Shown here piece by piece: positions 17,231-26,318 of a DNA stretch of 64,000 nucleotides. The stretch spans positions 14,784 to 78,783 of the forward strand of contig CAVSOD010000013.1 of assembly GCA_963729415.1 (NCBI GenBank). The letters run 5' to 3'. Numbering within the stretch: the first letter of the stretch is position 1; the number at the start of each line of letters is the position of its first letter. The notes under the pieces are model-generated. The model searched no databases, had not been told where the DNA came from, and saw only the letters and a program-made list of their open reading frames with translations. The translations under genes were made by a program, and so were the position numbers. The DNA is from an uncultured Acidobacteriota bacterium (lineage in GTDB: Bacteria > Acidobacteriota > Terriglobia > Terriglobales > Acidobacteriaceae).

Positions 17231-18342
17231 CTATATGACCTTGATCGTGCAGTTCTCTATGAAATCCCAATCCCATTCGACCCCTATTCCAGGAGTTTCC
17301 GGTACGTGAGCATAACCGCCCGCATCGATGTCGATGGCACGCATCATCCCAAAGTTCATGTACGAGACGGGGTAGAGGAGTTCCAGGAACTCGCAATTCG
17401 AGATGGCGGCGCAGCACTGCAGATTCACAATCTCAAGTGGATGATAGATCGCCGTGTGCAACTCACACCGGACTCCGAAGGATTCCGCCAGATGGGCAGT
17501 CTTCATAACGGGCGTGACCCCACCCTTCCAAGACACATCTGTTCGTATACGATGTCGACCACGGCATCGGAGATACATTGCGCGGTGGAGTAGTGCGAAC
17601 CGGCGAGGACTTCAGTGCCACAGATGGGTATGTCGAGCTTTGCGGCGAGCTTCTTCAAACCGTGAAAGTTGACGTCCGGGAGTGGCTCTTCCAGCCAGTA
17701 GAAGTTTAATCGTTCCAGTTCACGCCCGACGCGGATGGCCTCCTCGTATGAATATGCCGCAACCGGATCCGCCATCAACTTGAAATCCGGCCCCACAGCC
17801 TCCCGGCAAGCACGATAAGCCGCAAGATCAAAATCCACCTTGCCAGGAGGATGCAACTTGTAGGCGTGCCAGCCAAGTGTTTTCACTTCCAGCGCCTGCT
17901 TTGCATAATTTTCAGGCGAGTCCAGAACAAATGAGCTGGCGTAAACCGGAACCTTCGTCCGGTAAGCACCCAGGAGTTTGTAAAGTGGCAAGCCCGAAAT
18001 CTGGCCTGCAATATCCCACAGGCAGATGTCAAACGGCCCGTAGGCATAGATGGGGACGTGATTCCACCAGCGGTCGTAGGTGCGAAAATCCTGCCAGTGC
18101 TTCTCGCGAAACAGCGGATCCTTCCCTTCGAAAAATGGCTTCAACACTGAGGCCGCAATCGATCCTGCCATCTCCGCGCCGCGACCTGCAAATCCGAAAG
18201 AGTGGCCCTCCACGCCGGCGTCGGTCTTCATGGAGATGACCAGAAAGTCGAAGTTCGACTTGCCGCCTGCCCCCATTTCGCCGTCTGTCATAGCTTCGCG
18301 ACGGTTTTGGCAGACTCTCACCTCGATGGACTTGATGATCAA
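17231..18342 (-). pseudogene. enolase-superfamily (mandelate racemase/muconate-lactonizing type) acid-sugar dehydratase candidate, frameshifted at about 17546-17547
   Basis: ORF 17503..18483 (...AVVDIV) continues in ORF 17231..17578 (RTDVSWKGGVTPVMK...). Removing TA from GTATAC restores the canonical DIVRTDVSWKGG. Likely TTG start at 18342, preceded by GGAG 7 nt upstream. Confidence 0.75.
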
Positions 18343-18585
18343 TGTGAAGCTCCGGCTTGGTATGCGCTTCGAAGCGCCGTGACTGTACAAAATGTGCTTG
18401 GGCGTGTCAACGAAGCAGGCTTTTATGCTCCTCTCGGATTGGACTGGCCAGTTGCAATCGGTGGAACATTCTGGCTCCCCCAAGTGTCGACGATGATTTC
18501 CCTTGACCTGCGTAGCGGAGATGGTTCATTTTCTCCGCTCACTCTTATCCGACTTCGATCCATTGTTTGGGCTTATGGAGACCCA

Positions 18586-19602
18586 ATGAACGGAAGTGTT
18601 GTGTCAGGACTCGCGATAGTCATTCTCGCCGGCATTCTCAACGGAAGTTTTGCCGCGCCCATGAAGCGAATGACTAGCTGGCGCTGGGAAAACAGTTGGC
18701 TGATCTTCGCCGCCTCTGGCCTGATCGTGCTTCCGTGGATTATTACCCTTGCCACCGTGCCGAATGTCGCAGGAGTATTTATAGCCGCATCGCCGTCTGT
18801 TCTGATCAAGGTCCTTTTGTTTGGATTGCTATGGGGCGTTGGCGCTACATTGTTCGGCCTCGGGATCAGCCGCGTTGGAATGGCGTTGGGGTTCGCGCTG
18901 ATTCTGGGGATCACGGCTTCTTTTGGTTCGCTGTTTCCCTTGGCGATTCTTCATTCGGACCAACTCGTTGCAAAACGAGGGTTGGCTCTCATCGCCGGCA
19001 CCGTCGTCATGCTTTTGGGCCTGGTGTTTCTTGCGCTCGCCGGACGCGCTCGTGAGCGCGTTTCGGGGACGAGCGATGGTACACGTTGTGGCTTCACTGT
19101 CGGACTCATCATCTGCATCTTTTCTGGAATGTTCTCGTCGATGTTGAACTTCAGCTTCGTCTTTGGCGACGAACTTCGGTTGCACGCGCTGCAGTTCGGA
19201 GCCAGCACCGGAATGGCAAGCAATCCGATCTGGGCGCTCACTGTAACTGGCGGCTTTGTCGCCAATTTCATCTACTGCGTGTATCTGCTGAACAGGAACC
19301 GTACCTGGCACGTGTTCCGGGAAGGAAAACCCGTCGCCAACTGGTCCCTCGGCATCTCCATGGGGCTACTCTGGTTCGGGGGAACCCTGATCTACGGTGT
19401 TGGCGCGACGTCACTGGGAACTCTTGGCGGTGTCGTCGGCTGGCCAATCTTCATGACCATCGACATCATTGCGGCCCTCTTCTGGGGTGCCGTGACCGGG
19501 GAATGGAAGGGAGCTAGTCGGCGGGCCTTGGTCTACAACTGGGTGGGAGTCGGAATACTTCTGGTCGCAATTGCAGTCATCTCCGCGGGCAACGCAAGCT
19601 AG
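18586..19602 (+). CDS. rhaT: L-rhamnose/H+ symporter-family permease (RhaT-like)
   Basis: From ATG 18586: MNGSVVSGLAIVILAGILNGSFAAPMKRMTSWRWENSWLIFAASGLIVLPWI..., collinear with E. coli RhaT as I recall it. The upstream part of ORF 18202 is antisense to the enolase gene. Confidence 0.7.
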   Translation: MNGSVVSGLAIVILAGILNGSFAAPMKRMTSWRWENSWLIFAASGLIVLPWIITLATVPNVAGVFIAASPSVLIKVLLFGLLWGVGATLFGLGISRVGMALGFALILGITASFGSLFPLAILHSDQLVAKRGLALIAGTVVMLLGLVFLALAGRARERVSGTSDGTRCGFTVGLIICIFSGMFSSMLNFSFVFGDELRLHALQFGASTGMASNPIWALTVTGGFVANFIYCVYLLNRNRTWHVFREGKPVANWSLGISMGLLWFGGTLIYGVGATSLGTLGGVVGWPIFMTIDIIAALFWGAVTGEWKGASRRALVYNWVGVGILLVAIAVISAGNAS

Positions 19603-19623
19603 CAGTTCACATCATTCGGAGGT

Positions 19624-21420
19624 CTATCTGCCGGTGATTGGCCGGTCGATCCGCACGGAACTGACTCCACGAGTCTTGCTCTTATCTAAGCCGCTGCCTT
19701 CGCGCACAACGTAGAACTGGTTTGCGGGAAGATGGGAGAGCGTCTCGACCTGCCCGCTGGGCCAGCGGATTACAACTTTCTCCGCCTGGGAAGAGGCACC
19801 CAACCCGAAATGCAGCCGAAGGTCGCTCTGCGATATGAAACCATCGCCACTGCGCACTTCCTTCGCGTACTTATCGCCCCCCTGAACCAGCGTTACCAAT
19901 GCGCCCAAGGCGGCGCGATTCGATTTCACGCCCACCAGTTGCAGGCTGATCCAATTCCCAATCGGCGCTGTGTTGTAGTAGAGCGACGGTGTCTCGTTCA
20001 TGTTGTTCACCAGCGCCTCCTGGCGACCATCGTTGAATAGATCCCCAAGGGCCATACCCCGACCGGAGTGGAGTTCACTCAACACTGAGCCCGCGTCCGC
20101 GGTAATGTTGGCAAATGTTCCGTCGCGCAGGTTGTAATACGCGACCTTCGGCTCACGATAGCTCGTACCGAGCGCCTTGCCGTCAACCTCTGGATATACG
20201 TGGCCGTTGGCGATCAGAATACCGGGCCAGCCACTGTTGTCGAAGTCATAGAACTGCACACCCCATCCCAGCCAGTTTTTGATTTTCCCCAGTCCTGCGG
20301 GGTAGGTGACGTCATCAAAATTGCTGTCCCCCCTATTCCGATAGAGCGTGGGAGTGTCGTCGCTGAAATTGGTTTTTACAATGTCCTGATAACCGCTGTG
20401 CGTCAAGTCACCGGCAGAAAGGCCCATGCCCGCCTGCTCGGAACCGTCTTCGTTGTATGCCACCCCCGCCTTCTTCCCGATCTCACTGAAGGTCCCGTCA
20501 TGATTGTTATGGTACAGAAGGCTGGCGGTAGAGTCGCAGGCAACGTAAACGTCGGGCCACCCATCAAGATCGAAATCTGCTGTCAGAGCAGTAAATCCAT
20601 AACACGCGGTCGCCTTAAGAATGCCCGAGCTTCGTGAGACGTCGGTGAAAGTACCGTCGCCGTTGTTGTGGTAAAGGGCATTGGCGCCCGGCTTGAGCCC
20701 CCGCGGGCCACACATGACGTTAATCCCTTTCCACTGGCACCAGGGCCCCTGGCCCGGTCGCGGCACAGAGTCGTAGCTGAAATCCACGTAGCGCACCAGG
20801 AGAATGTCGACTTTGCCGTCGCGGTCGTAATCGACAAAGCTGCATCCGGTGCTCCATTCGTCCCGATCGGTCTTGAGTCCTGCTTTGGCCGTTACATCGG
20901 TGAACGTTCCATCCCCGTTGTTGCGATAGAGTACGTTCTGTCCCCAGTAAGTGACGAGCAAATCGAGGTAGCCGTCGTTGTCATAGTCGCCGACGCAGCC
21001 GCCTTGCCCCCAGCCTGAGCGCGCCAGTCCGGCATGGGAGGTGACGTCGCTGAACGTTCCGTCATGGTTGTTGTGATAAAGGTGACCGGTGGGCGCTTTG
21101 CCTTTGGAGAATCCCTCCACCGTCGAACCATTCGGAAGGTAAATATCAGGCCACCCGTCATTGTCGTAATCGAAAATAATGGCGCCGTTACCGGTGGTTT
21201 CGATGATGAATTCTTTGTGCTGATCCCCGCCGTATACGTTGAGCGCGACCAACCCCACCTGCTTGGCAATATCTTCGAAATGAACTTGACCTGACTTGAC
21301 TCTCGATGGGTCACTCCTGGTGGGTTGCGTGCCCTGAGCGGCCAGCCAAGTCGTCAACAAGAAAAGCGTCGCAAGAGGCGCGAGAACGCGCGACCGTTTG
21401 GCCTCAGCAAGCTGGATCAC
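19624..21420 (-). CDS. secreted FG-GAP/VCBS-repeat protein with ASPIC/UnbV C-terminal domain (CRTAC1 family)
   Basis: Repeated DxDxDGxxD motifs (DYDNDGWPD, DYDNDGYLD, DYDRDGKVD, DFDLDGWPD). C-terminal ...RSGDGFISQSDLRLHFGLG. Confidence 0.8.
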   Translation of the reverse strand: MIQLAEAKRSRVLAPLATLFLLTTWLAAQGTQPTRSDPSRVKSGQVHFEDIAKQVGLVALNVYGGDQHKEFIIETTGNGAIIFDYDNDGWPDIYLPNGSTVEGFSKGKAPTGHLYHNNHDGTFSDVTSHAGLARSGWGQGGCVGDYDNDGYLDLLVTYWGQNVLYRNNGDGTFTDVTAKAGLKTDRDEWSTGCSFVDYDRDGKVDILLVRYVDFSYDSVPRPGQGPWCQWKGINVMCGPRGLKPGANALYHNNGDGTFTDVSRSSGILKATACYGFTALTADFDLDGWPDVYVACDSTASLLYHNNHDGTFSEIGKKAGVAYNEDGSEQAGMGLSAGDLTHSGYQDIVKTNFSDDTPTLYRNRGDSNFDDVTYPAGLGKIKNWLGWGVQFYDFDNSGWPGILIANGHVYPEVDGKALGTSYREPKVAYYNLRDGTFANITADAGSVLSELHSGRGMALGDLFNDGRQEALVNNMNETPSLYYNTAPIGNWISLQLVGVKSNRAALGALVTLVQGGDKYAKEVRSGDGFISQSDLRLHFGLGASSQAEKVVIRWPSGQVETLSHLPANQFYVVREGSGLDKSKTRGVSSVRIDRPITGR

Positions 21421-21462
21421 GTGGTTATCTTAAAGCAGAACTGGCGATCCTTCTCCCGAGCC

Positions 21463-22350
21463 TTATCTCGTCGCGTGTGCGAGATCGACCGCTAGGGGTT
21501 GCCACACTGTCACCATTTGCCGTGATTCGCCCAGTCTGTCAATCCCAAGTTCCACTATGTCGCCCACCTTCAGGTATTGCGGAGGCCGCATGCCTAATCC
21601 CACTCCGGCCGGTGTTCCTGTGCTGATGACGTCGCCTGGCAGTAGCGTCATGAATTGACTGACGTAGCTGACGAGGGTCGGTACGTCAAAGATCATCTCG
21701 CGGGTGGAACTGCGTTGGCGAAATGCGCCATTTACTTTCAGCCACATGTTCAGGTCGCCGGGATTGGGGATCTCGTCGCGCGTCGCCAGGAACGGCCCCA
21801 ACGGCGCAAAGGTGTCGGCGCTCTTTCCCTTGACCCATTGTCCGCCCCGCTCCAGTTGAAAGACCCGTTCGGAATAATCGTTGTGCAGAACATAACCAGC
21901 CACATATTCGAGCGCGTCTTCACGCTCGATATAGCTTGCCCTCTTGCCGATCACCACCGCCAACTCAACTTCCCAATCCACTTTGGATCCATTCTTCGGA
22001 ATGACAAGGTCATCGTTCGGGCCGACGAGAGAGCTGGTAGCTTTGAAAAATATGACGGGCTCTTTCGGGATCTCCATTTTGCTTTCTTTCGCGTGATCGT
22101 GGAAGTTCAAACCGATGCAAACGATCTTGCTCGGTCGAGCAATCGGCGAGCCCAGCCGCACAGACTGTGCAATCTGCGGCGCCGAAGCTGCATTGTCCTT
22201 CCACCAGCGCCTCAGTTGGGACAGCCCGTCATCGGCCAGGAATGTCTCGTCATAGTCGCCTGTGAAGCCGGAGACATCCCGACGCGTGGAGTCTTCCAGC
22301 ATGACGCCGGGCTTCTCTCCACCTGGAACACCAAACCGGATCAGCTTCAT
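21463..22350 (-). CDS. fumarylacetoacetate-hydrolase-family protein, candidate 2,4-diketo-3-deoxy-L-fuconate/rhamnonate hydrolase
   Basis: Start moved to MKLIRFG... (ATG 22350). FAH-fold motifs (...VCIGLNFHDHAKE..., ...GDVISTGTPAGVG...). Confidence 0.75.
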   Translation of the reverse strand: MKLIRFGVPGGEKPGVMLEDSTRRDVSGFTGDYDETFLADDGLSQLRRWWKDNAASAPQIAQSVRLGSPIARPSKIVCIGLNFHDHAKESKMEIPKEPVIFFKATSSLVGPNDDLVIPKNGSKVDWEVELAVVIGKRASYIEREDALEYVAGYVLHNDYSERVFQLERGGQWVKGKSADTFAPLGPFLATRDEIPNPGDLNMWLKVNGAFRQRSSTREMIFDVPTLVSYVSQFMTLLPGDVISTGTPAGVGLGMRPPQYLKVGDIVELGIDRLGESRQMVTVWQPLAVDLAHATR

Positions 22351-22593
22351 TTCCTTCTGCCCGTCCTCGCGTGCCTGATCACGCTCAAAGTAGTTCGCCA
22401 CGAAAAAGGCGGATCGTAATTGAACAGATGCACGAGCGCAAGCCCGCGACGGAAGTTGTTGAGCTGGCGAACCGCAGAGTTTCACAAGGTAAAACTTTCG
22501 CCATCGACATCGGCGCGCGAAAACACAAAACTGTTTTCACCCTTTACCGTTGCTGCTAGAGTTTGCCGTTGCACAAGTCATTGGGACCTCACC

Positions 22594-23676
22594 ATGAATG
22601 ACATCTTTCCGCACCTCGATTACAAACCGAAGCTACCGCAGCGATTGGACCACGGAATCGGCATTATCGGCGCCGGAGGAATCGTCAACTATGCGCATCT
22701 ACCTGCGTACAAGAAGGCGGGATTTAAAGTTGTGTGCATCACCGACCGAGATCGCGAAAAGGCGGAGCGCACCGCCAAAGAGCACGGAATCGGAAGAGTG
22801 TGCGCCAGTGTCGATGAGTTGCTGAGTCTATCCGAGGTCGAGATCGTCGACATAGCCGTCTACCCCTCGGAGCAGGTCGCTATTGTCGAGAAGGCCGCTG
22901 CCGCAGGCAAACATCTGTTGTGCCAGAAACCTTTTGCCGACGAGTATTCAAAAGCGGTTCGCAGCGTTGAACTCGCGGAACGCGCCAAGGTAAAGATTGC
23001 GGTCAACCAACAGATGCGCTGGGATGCTGGCATCCGTTGCGCGCGCCTTTTGATGGATGATGGTTGGCTGGGCACGCCCACCTACGCTGCGATTCAGGTT
23101 CACTGTAAGACTGACTGGAGTCTCTGGCCCTGGATCTATCAGGGCAAGCATGTCGAGATCATGTTTCACAGCATTCATTACATCGATTCCCTTCGCTATC
23201 TGCTGGGTGATCCGGCTTACGTTTTCACCAGCGGAAGCCGCGCGCCGGGTGAAACCACACAAGCTGAAACCAAGACCCTAACCACGTGGGAGTACAAATC
23301 CAGCCTGCAGGTACTGATCGACGTTTGCCATACCACATGGCACGACGATCCCTATGCCATCTTTCGCTTTGAAGGCACTGAAGGCGTGATCAAGGGAACT
23401 ATCGGTCTGATGTACAACTATCCGACTGGCCGGCCCGACACCCTGGAGTTCATGTCGAAGCGTAATCCTGGCTACTGGTTCTCGGCTCGCCTCGACAGCA
23501 TGTGGATTCCGGATGCCTTCGTCGGTCCGATGGCGTCACTCATGCGGTCCATCGAGAGCGGATCGGAGCCCGAGACCAGTGGACGCGACAACCTTCGAAC
23601 GTTGCAAGTGGTATTCGCCGAATACCGCTCCATGGCAGAAAAGCGAGCCGTCCGCCCTGAAGAAATCAATGCATGA
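22594..23676 (+). CDS. Gfo/Idh/MocA-family NAD(P)-dependent oxidoreductase
   Basis: Start at ATG 22594 (MNDIFPHLDYKPK...). GIIGAGGIVNYAHLPAY Rossmann N-terminus. Confidence 0.75.
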   Translation: MNDIFPHLDYKPKLPQRLDHGIGIIGAGGIVNYAHLPAYKKAGFKVVCITDRDREKAERTAKEHGIGRVCASVDELLSLSEVEIVDIAVYPSEQVAIVEKAAAAGKHLLCQKPFADEYSKAVRSVELAERAKVKIAVNQQMRWDAGIRCARLLMDDGWLGTPTYAAIQVHCKTDWSLWPWIYQGKHVEIMFHSIHYIDSLRYLLGDPAYVFTSGSRAPGETTQAETKTLTTWEYKSSLQVLIDVCHTTWHDDPYAIFRFEGTEGVIKGTIGLMYNYPTGRPDTLEFMSKRNPGYWFSARLDSMWIPDAFVGPMASLMRSIESGSEPETSGRDNLRTLQVVFAEYRSMAEKRAVRPEEINA

Positions 23677-23682
23677 ACAACG

Positions 23683-24933
23683 TTATTTGGCTGGAAGCAC
23701 GCCCTTCAAGTCCGAAGAGGACCCGGGCACCTGCGAGGTTACGTACCTGCCATTCTCTATTTGAGCAGGATCTACGAAATGTGGCTGCAGATGCGGGATG
23801 CATTCGAGAAATACCGCTTCATGCCCTAGCGCAATGTGATTAAACAGCACCATGTGTTGGTGAATCTGTCCCATATCGCCCACGTGTGGAATGACTCGCA
23901 GACCGAACTTTCGCGCCAGTAAACTGACTGTAATGAACTCAGAGATGCCGGCCACCCGCGTGCAGTCGACTTGCACAATCTGCACGGCCGCCGCCTGCAT
24001 GAAATTCTTGAACATAACGCGGTTCGGAACGTGCTCGCCCAGAGCCAACGGTATCGGCCGAACCGCATGGGAAAGTGTGCTGTGCGCGCGAATATCGTCA
24101 GGGTGAGTCGGTTCCTCTACAAAAAACGGAGCCATCTTCCGAAGCTTTTCGCACATTTCGAGTGCTTGTGGAAGGGTCCACTGCTGGTTCGCGTCAAGCA
24201 TGATCAGCGCATCTGCTCCGGCCAGGTCGCGCAACATGAAGGCGCGCCGCACGTCACGCTCCCCGTCTCGGGATCCGACCTTCAGCTTGAAAGCGTGAAA
24301 GCCCTTTGCCATCGCCTGTTGCGTCAGATCCTTCACTTGCTCGTCTTCATACTGGAACCAGCCTACGGATGTGTCATAACCGGGATAGCCGCTGCGCAAG
24401 ATGCTCTCCCGCTCTCGGCGGGAGCTCGCCTGGTTACGCAACATCGTTTCAGCCTCCTCCCGCGTGAGCACGTCTTCGAGATAGCTCAAATCGAGCAGGT
24501 CGACAATCTTTTTTGCATCGAGATCCAGGAGAAGCCGCCATAAGGGCACGCCCCGACTCTTCGCCCACAAATCGAAACACGCGTTGGTGAGCGAGGCGAG
24601 GGCCAGGTGAACGACGCCCTTATGAGGACCCAGCCAGCGAAGCTGAGGGTGTTGCGCAAGGTTTTGTGCAATCGCTCCGAAATCCGACATCAATTCCTCG
24701 ATTTCCCTGCCAATCAGTTCCTTGCCAAGCCATTCAATCGCTTCACAAACCAACTGATTGCCCAGTCCAAGCGTAAGCACGATGCCGCTGCCGAAGACCT
24801 TTTCTTGGGAGCCGAGCAGAGTGGTGGCAAATGCGTACTCGGCACCCGAGTGCACCGCGTCGCTGCCCGCCCCTTGCTCCAGCGGAAAACGCACATCCCG
24901 CGTTTCCAGCGAAGTAATCCGGAATTGTGTCAT
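23683..24933 (-). CDS. fucD: L-fuconate dehydratase (enolase superfamily)
   Basis: 416 aa, collinear with Xanthomonas FucD as I recall it (ITSLETRDVRFP..., LRWLGPHKGVVHLA..., EEPTHPDD..., GEHVPNRVMFKNF...). Confidence 0.85.
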   Translation of the reverse strand: MTQFRITSLETRDVRFPLEQGAGSDAVHSGAEYAFATTLLGSQEKVFGSGIVLTLGLGNQLVCEAIEWLGKELIGREIEELMSDFGAIAQNLAQHPQLRWLGPHKGVVHLALASLTNACFDLWAKSRGVPLWRLLLDLDAKKIVDLLDLSYLEDVLTREEAETMLRNQASSRRERESILRSGYPGYDTSVGWFQYEDEQVKDLTQQAMAKGFHAFKLKVGSRDGERDVRRAFMLRDLAGADALIMLDANQQWTLPQALEMCEKLRKMAPFFVEEPTHPDDIRAHSTLSHAVRPIPLALGEHVPNRVMFKNFMQAAAVQIVQVDCTRVAGISEFITVSLLARKFGLRVIPHVGDMGQIHQHMVLFNHIALGHEAVFLECIPHLQPHFVDPAQIENGRYVTSQVPGSSSDLKGVLPAK

Positions 24934-25099
24934 GTCACCTGATACGAGGCAGGTCGCCTCGGTTTGCGAAAACTATACCCACATATCAAAGCCATCGAAT
25001 ATAGTAGGGCGCCTTCAGCGAGTGCAAGGCGTTCATTCTCGTTGTGAATCTTTAGCATGGTCATCAAGAGCCACGAACGGATCATGAAAGGACGACGAT

Positions 25100-25423
25100 A
25101 TGAAGCGTTACGGTTCCGTGATCAAAGTCAGACCCGAATCTCTTGAAGCCTATAAGAAATATCACGCTGCCGTATGGCCGGAGGTCCTCGCCATGATCCG
25201 GAAATGCAAAATACAAAACTATTCCATCTATCTGAAAGACGACCTGCTCTTCGGCTACTTCGAATATCACGGGACGGACTATCCGGCCGACATGGCGAAG
25301 ATGGCTGCCGATCCGAAGACCCAGGAATGGTGGACGATCATGATGCCAATGCAGCAGCCCTTGGAGACCTGCGCCGAAGGCGAGTGGTGGGCCAATATGG
25401 AAGAAGTGTTTCATTGCGATTGA
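25100..25423 (+). CDS. rhaM: L-rhamnose mutarotase-family protein (RhaM/YiiL)
   Basis: 107 aa. ...YKKYHAAVWPEVLAMIRKCKIQNYSIYL...WW...EEVFH matches the YiiL pattern. Confidence 0.8.
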   Translation: MKRYGSVIKVRPESLEAYKKYHAAVWPEVLAMIRKCKIQNYSIYLKDDLLFGYFEYHGTDYPADMAKMAADPKTQEWWTIMMPMQQPLETCAEGEWWANMEEVFHCD

Positions 25424-25475
25424 TTTGACAGACCTCGAGTTCGACACTACAGTTCGGCTCCGGCCTAACCGCCTT

Positions 25476-26318
25476 ATGCAAATCGTGGACACGCACCAGC
25501 ACCTCTGGGACATAGAGCACTTTCGCTACTCCTGGCTCCACTCCCTTCCGCAGTTGAACCGCTCTTTCCGAATGGCGGACTATCTCGCAGCCACCGAAGG
25601 ATTGAACGTGGTGAAGTCGGTGCACATGGAAGCGGACGTCGATGAGCAGTACATGCTCGACGAGACCCGCCATTTGCTTGCGCTTGCTGAACAAACCGAC
25701 AATCCTCTCGAAGGCATCGTGGCATGCGGCCGGCCCGAGAACGAAGATTTCAAATCCTATCTGGACAAGATCGCGGCGTATCCCAAGGTAAAGGGGATTC
25801 GTCGCGTGCTCCATACCCAGCCGGACGGGGTCGGCCAGGGAGCGACCTTCCTCAAGAACGTGGCTGCGCTCTCGGATTACGGCCTCTCATTCGACATCTG
25901 CGTTCTGGCTCGGCAGCTTCCGATTGCGATCAAACTAGTCTCTAAATCCCCGGATGTGGTCTTCATCCTCGACCACTGTGGCGTGCCCCAAGTGAAGGAG
26001 CAGCATCTCGACCCTTGGCGGTCGCACATCACGGAGATCGCCAAGTTTCCAAATGTCTCCTGCAAAATCTCCGGCTTGGTGGCATACGCAGATTCAGAGC
26101 GATGGACTGCTGAAGACCTCAGACCTTTTGTCGAGCACGTGATCGTCACCTTCGGCTGGGATCGCGTCCTTTTTGGGAGCGACTGGCCGGTGTGCACGCT
26201 CTCCGCCAGCTATCGACAGTGGGTGGAAGCATTGCAGGCCCTCACGCACGAAGCAGGTGAGATCAACCAGAAGAAGCTGTTTCACGACAATGCCGTCCGC
26301 GTATACCGGCTGAGCTAA
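25476..26318 (+). CDS. amidohydrolase-2-family lactonase (cog3618 type, candidate L-fucono-/L-rhamnono-lactonase)
   Basis: MQIVDTHQHLWD N-terminus typical of this family. The ORF track offers an alternative TTG start at 25425. Confidence 0.7.
   Translation: MQIVDTHQHLWDIEHFRYSWLHSLPQLNRSFRMADYLAATEGLNVVKSVHMEADVDEQYMLDETRHLLALAEQTDNPLEGIVACGRPENEDFKSYLDKIAAYPKVKGIRRVLHTQPDGVGQGATFLKNVAALSDYGLSFDICVLARQLPIAIKLVSKSPDVVFILDHCGVPQVKEQHLDPWRSHITEIAKFPNVSCKISGLVAYADSERWTAEDLRPFVEHVIVTFGWDRVLFGSDWPVCTLSASYRQWVEALQALTHEAGEINQKKLFHDNAVRVYRLS

Noticed and set aside
22351-22485. N-terminal extensions offered by the ORF track. Examples: 21463..22485, 22420.., 18202.., 30592.., 31594.., 33432.., 45016..45063, 46203..46250, 58746..58793.
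   Set aside because: The extensions are low-complexity or antisense to neighbouring genes. Internal ATG/GTG/TTG starts give canonical family N-termini and sensible gene spacing.
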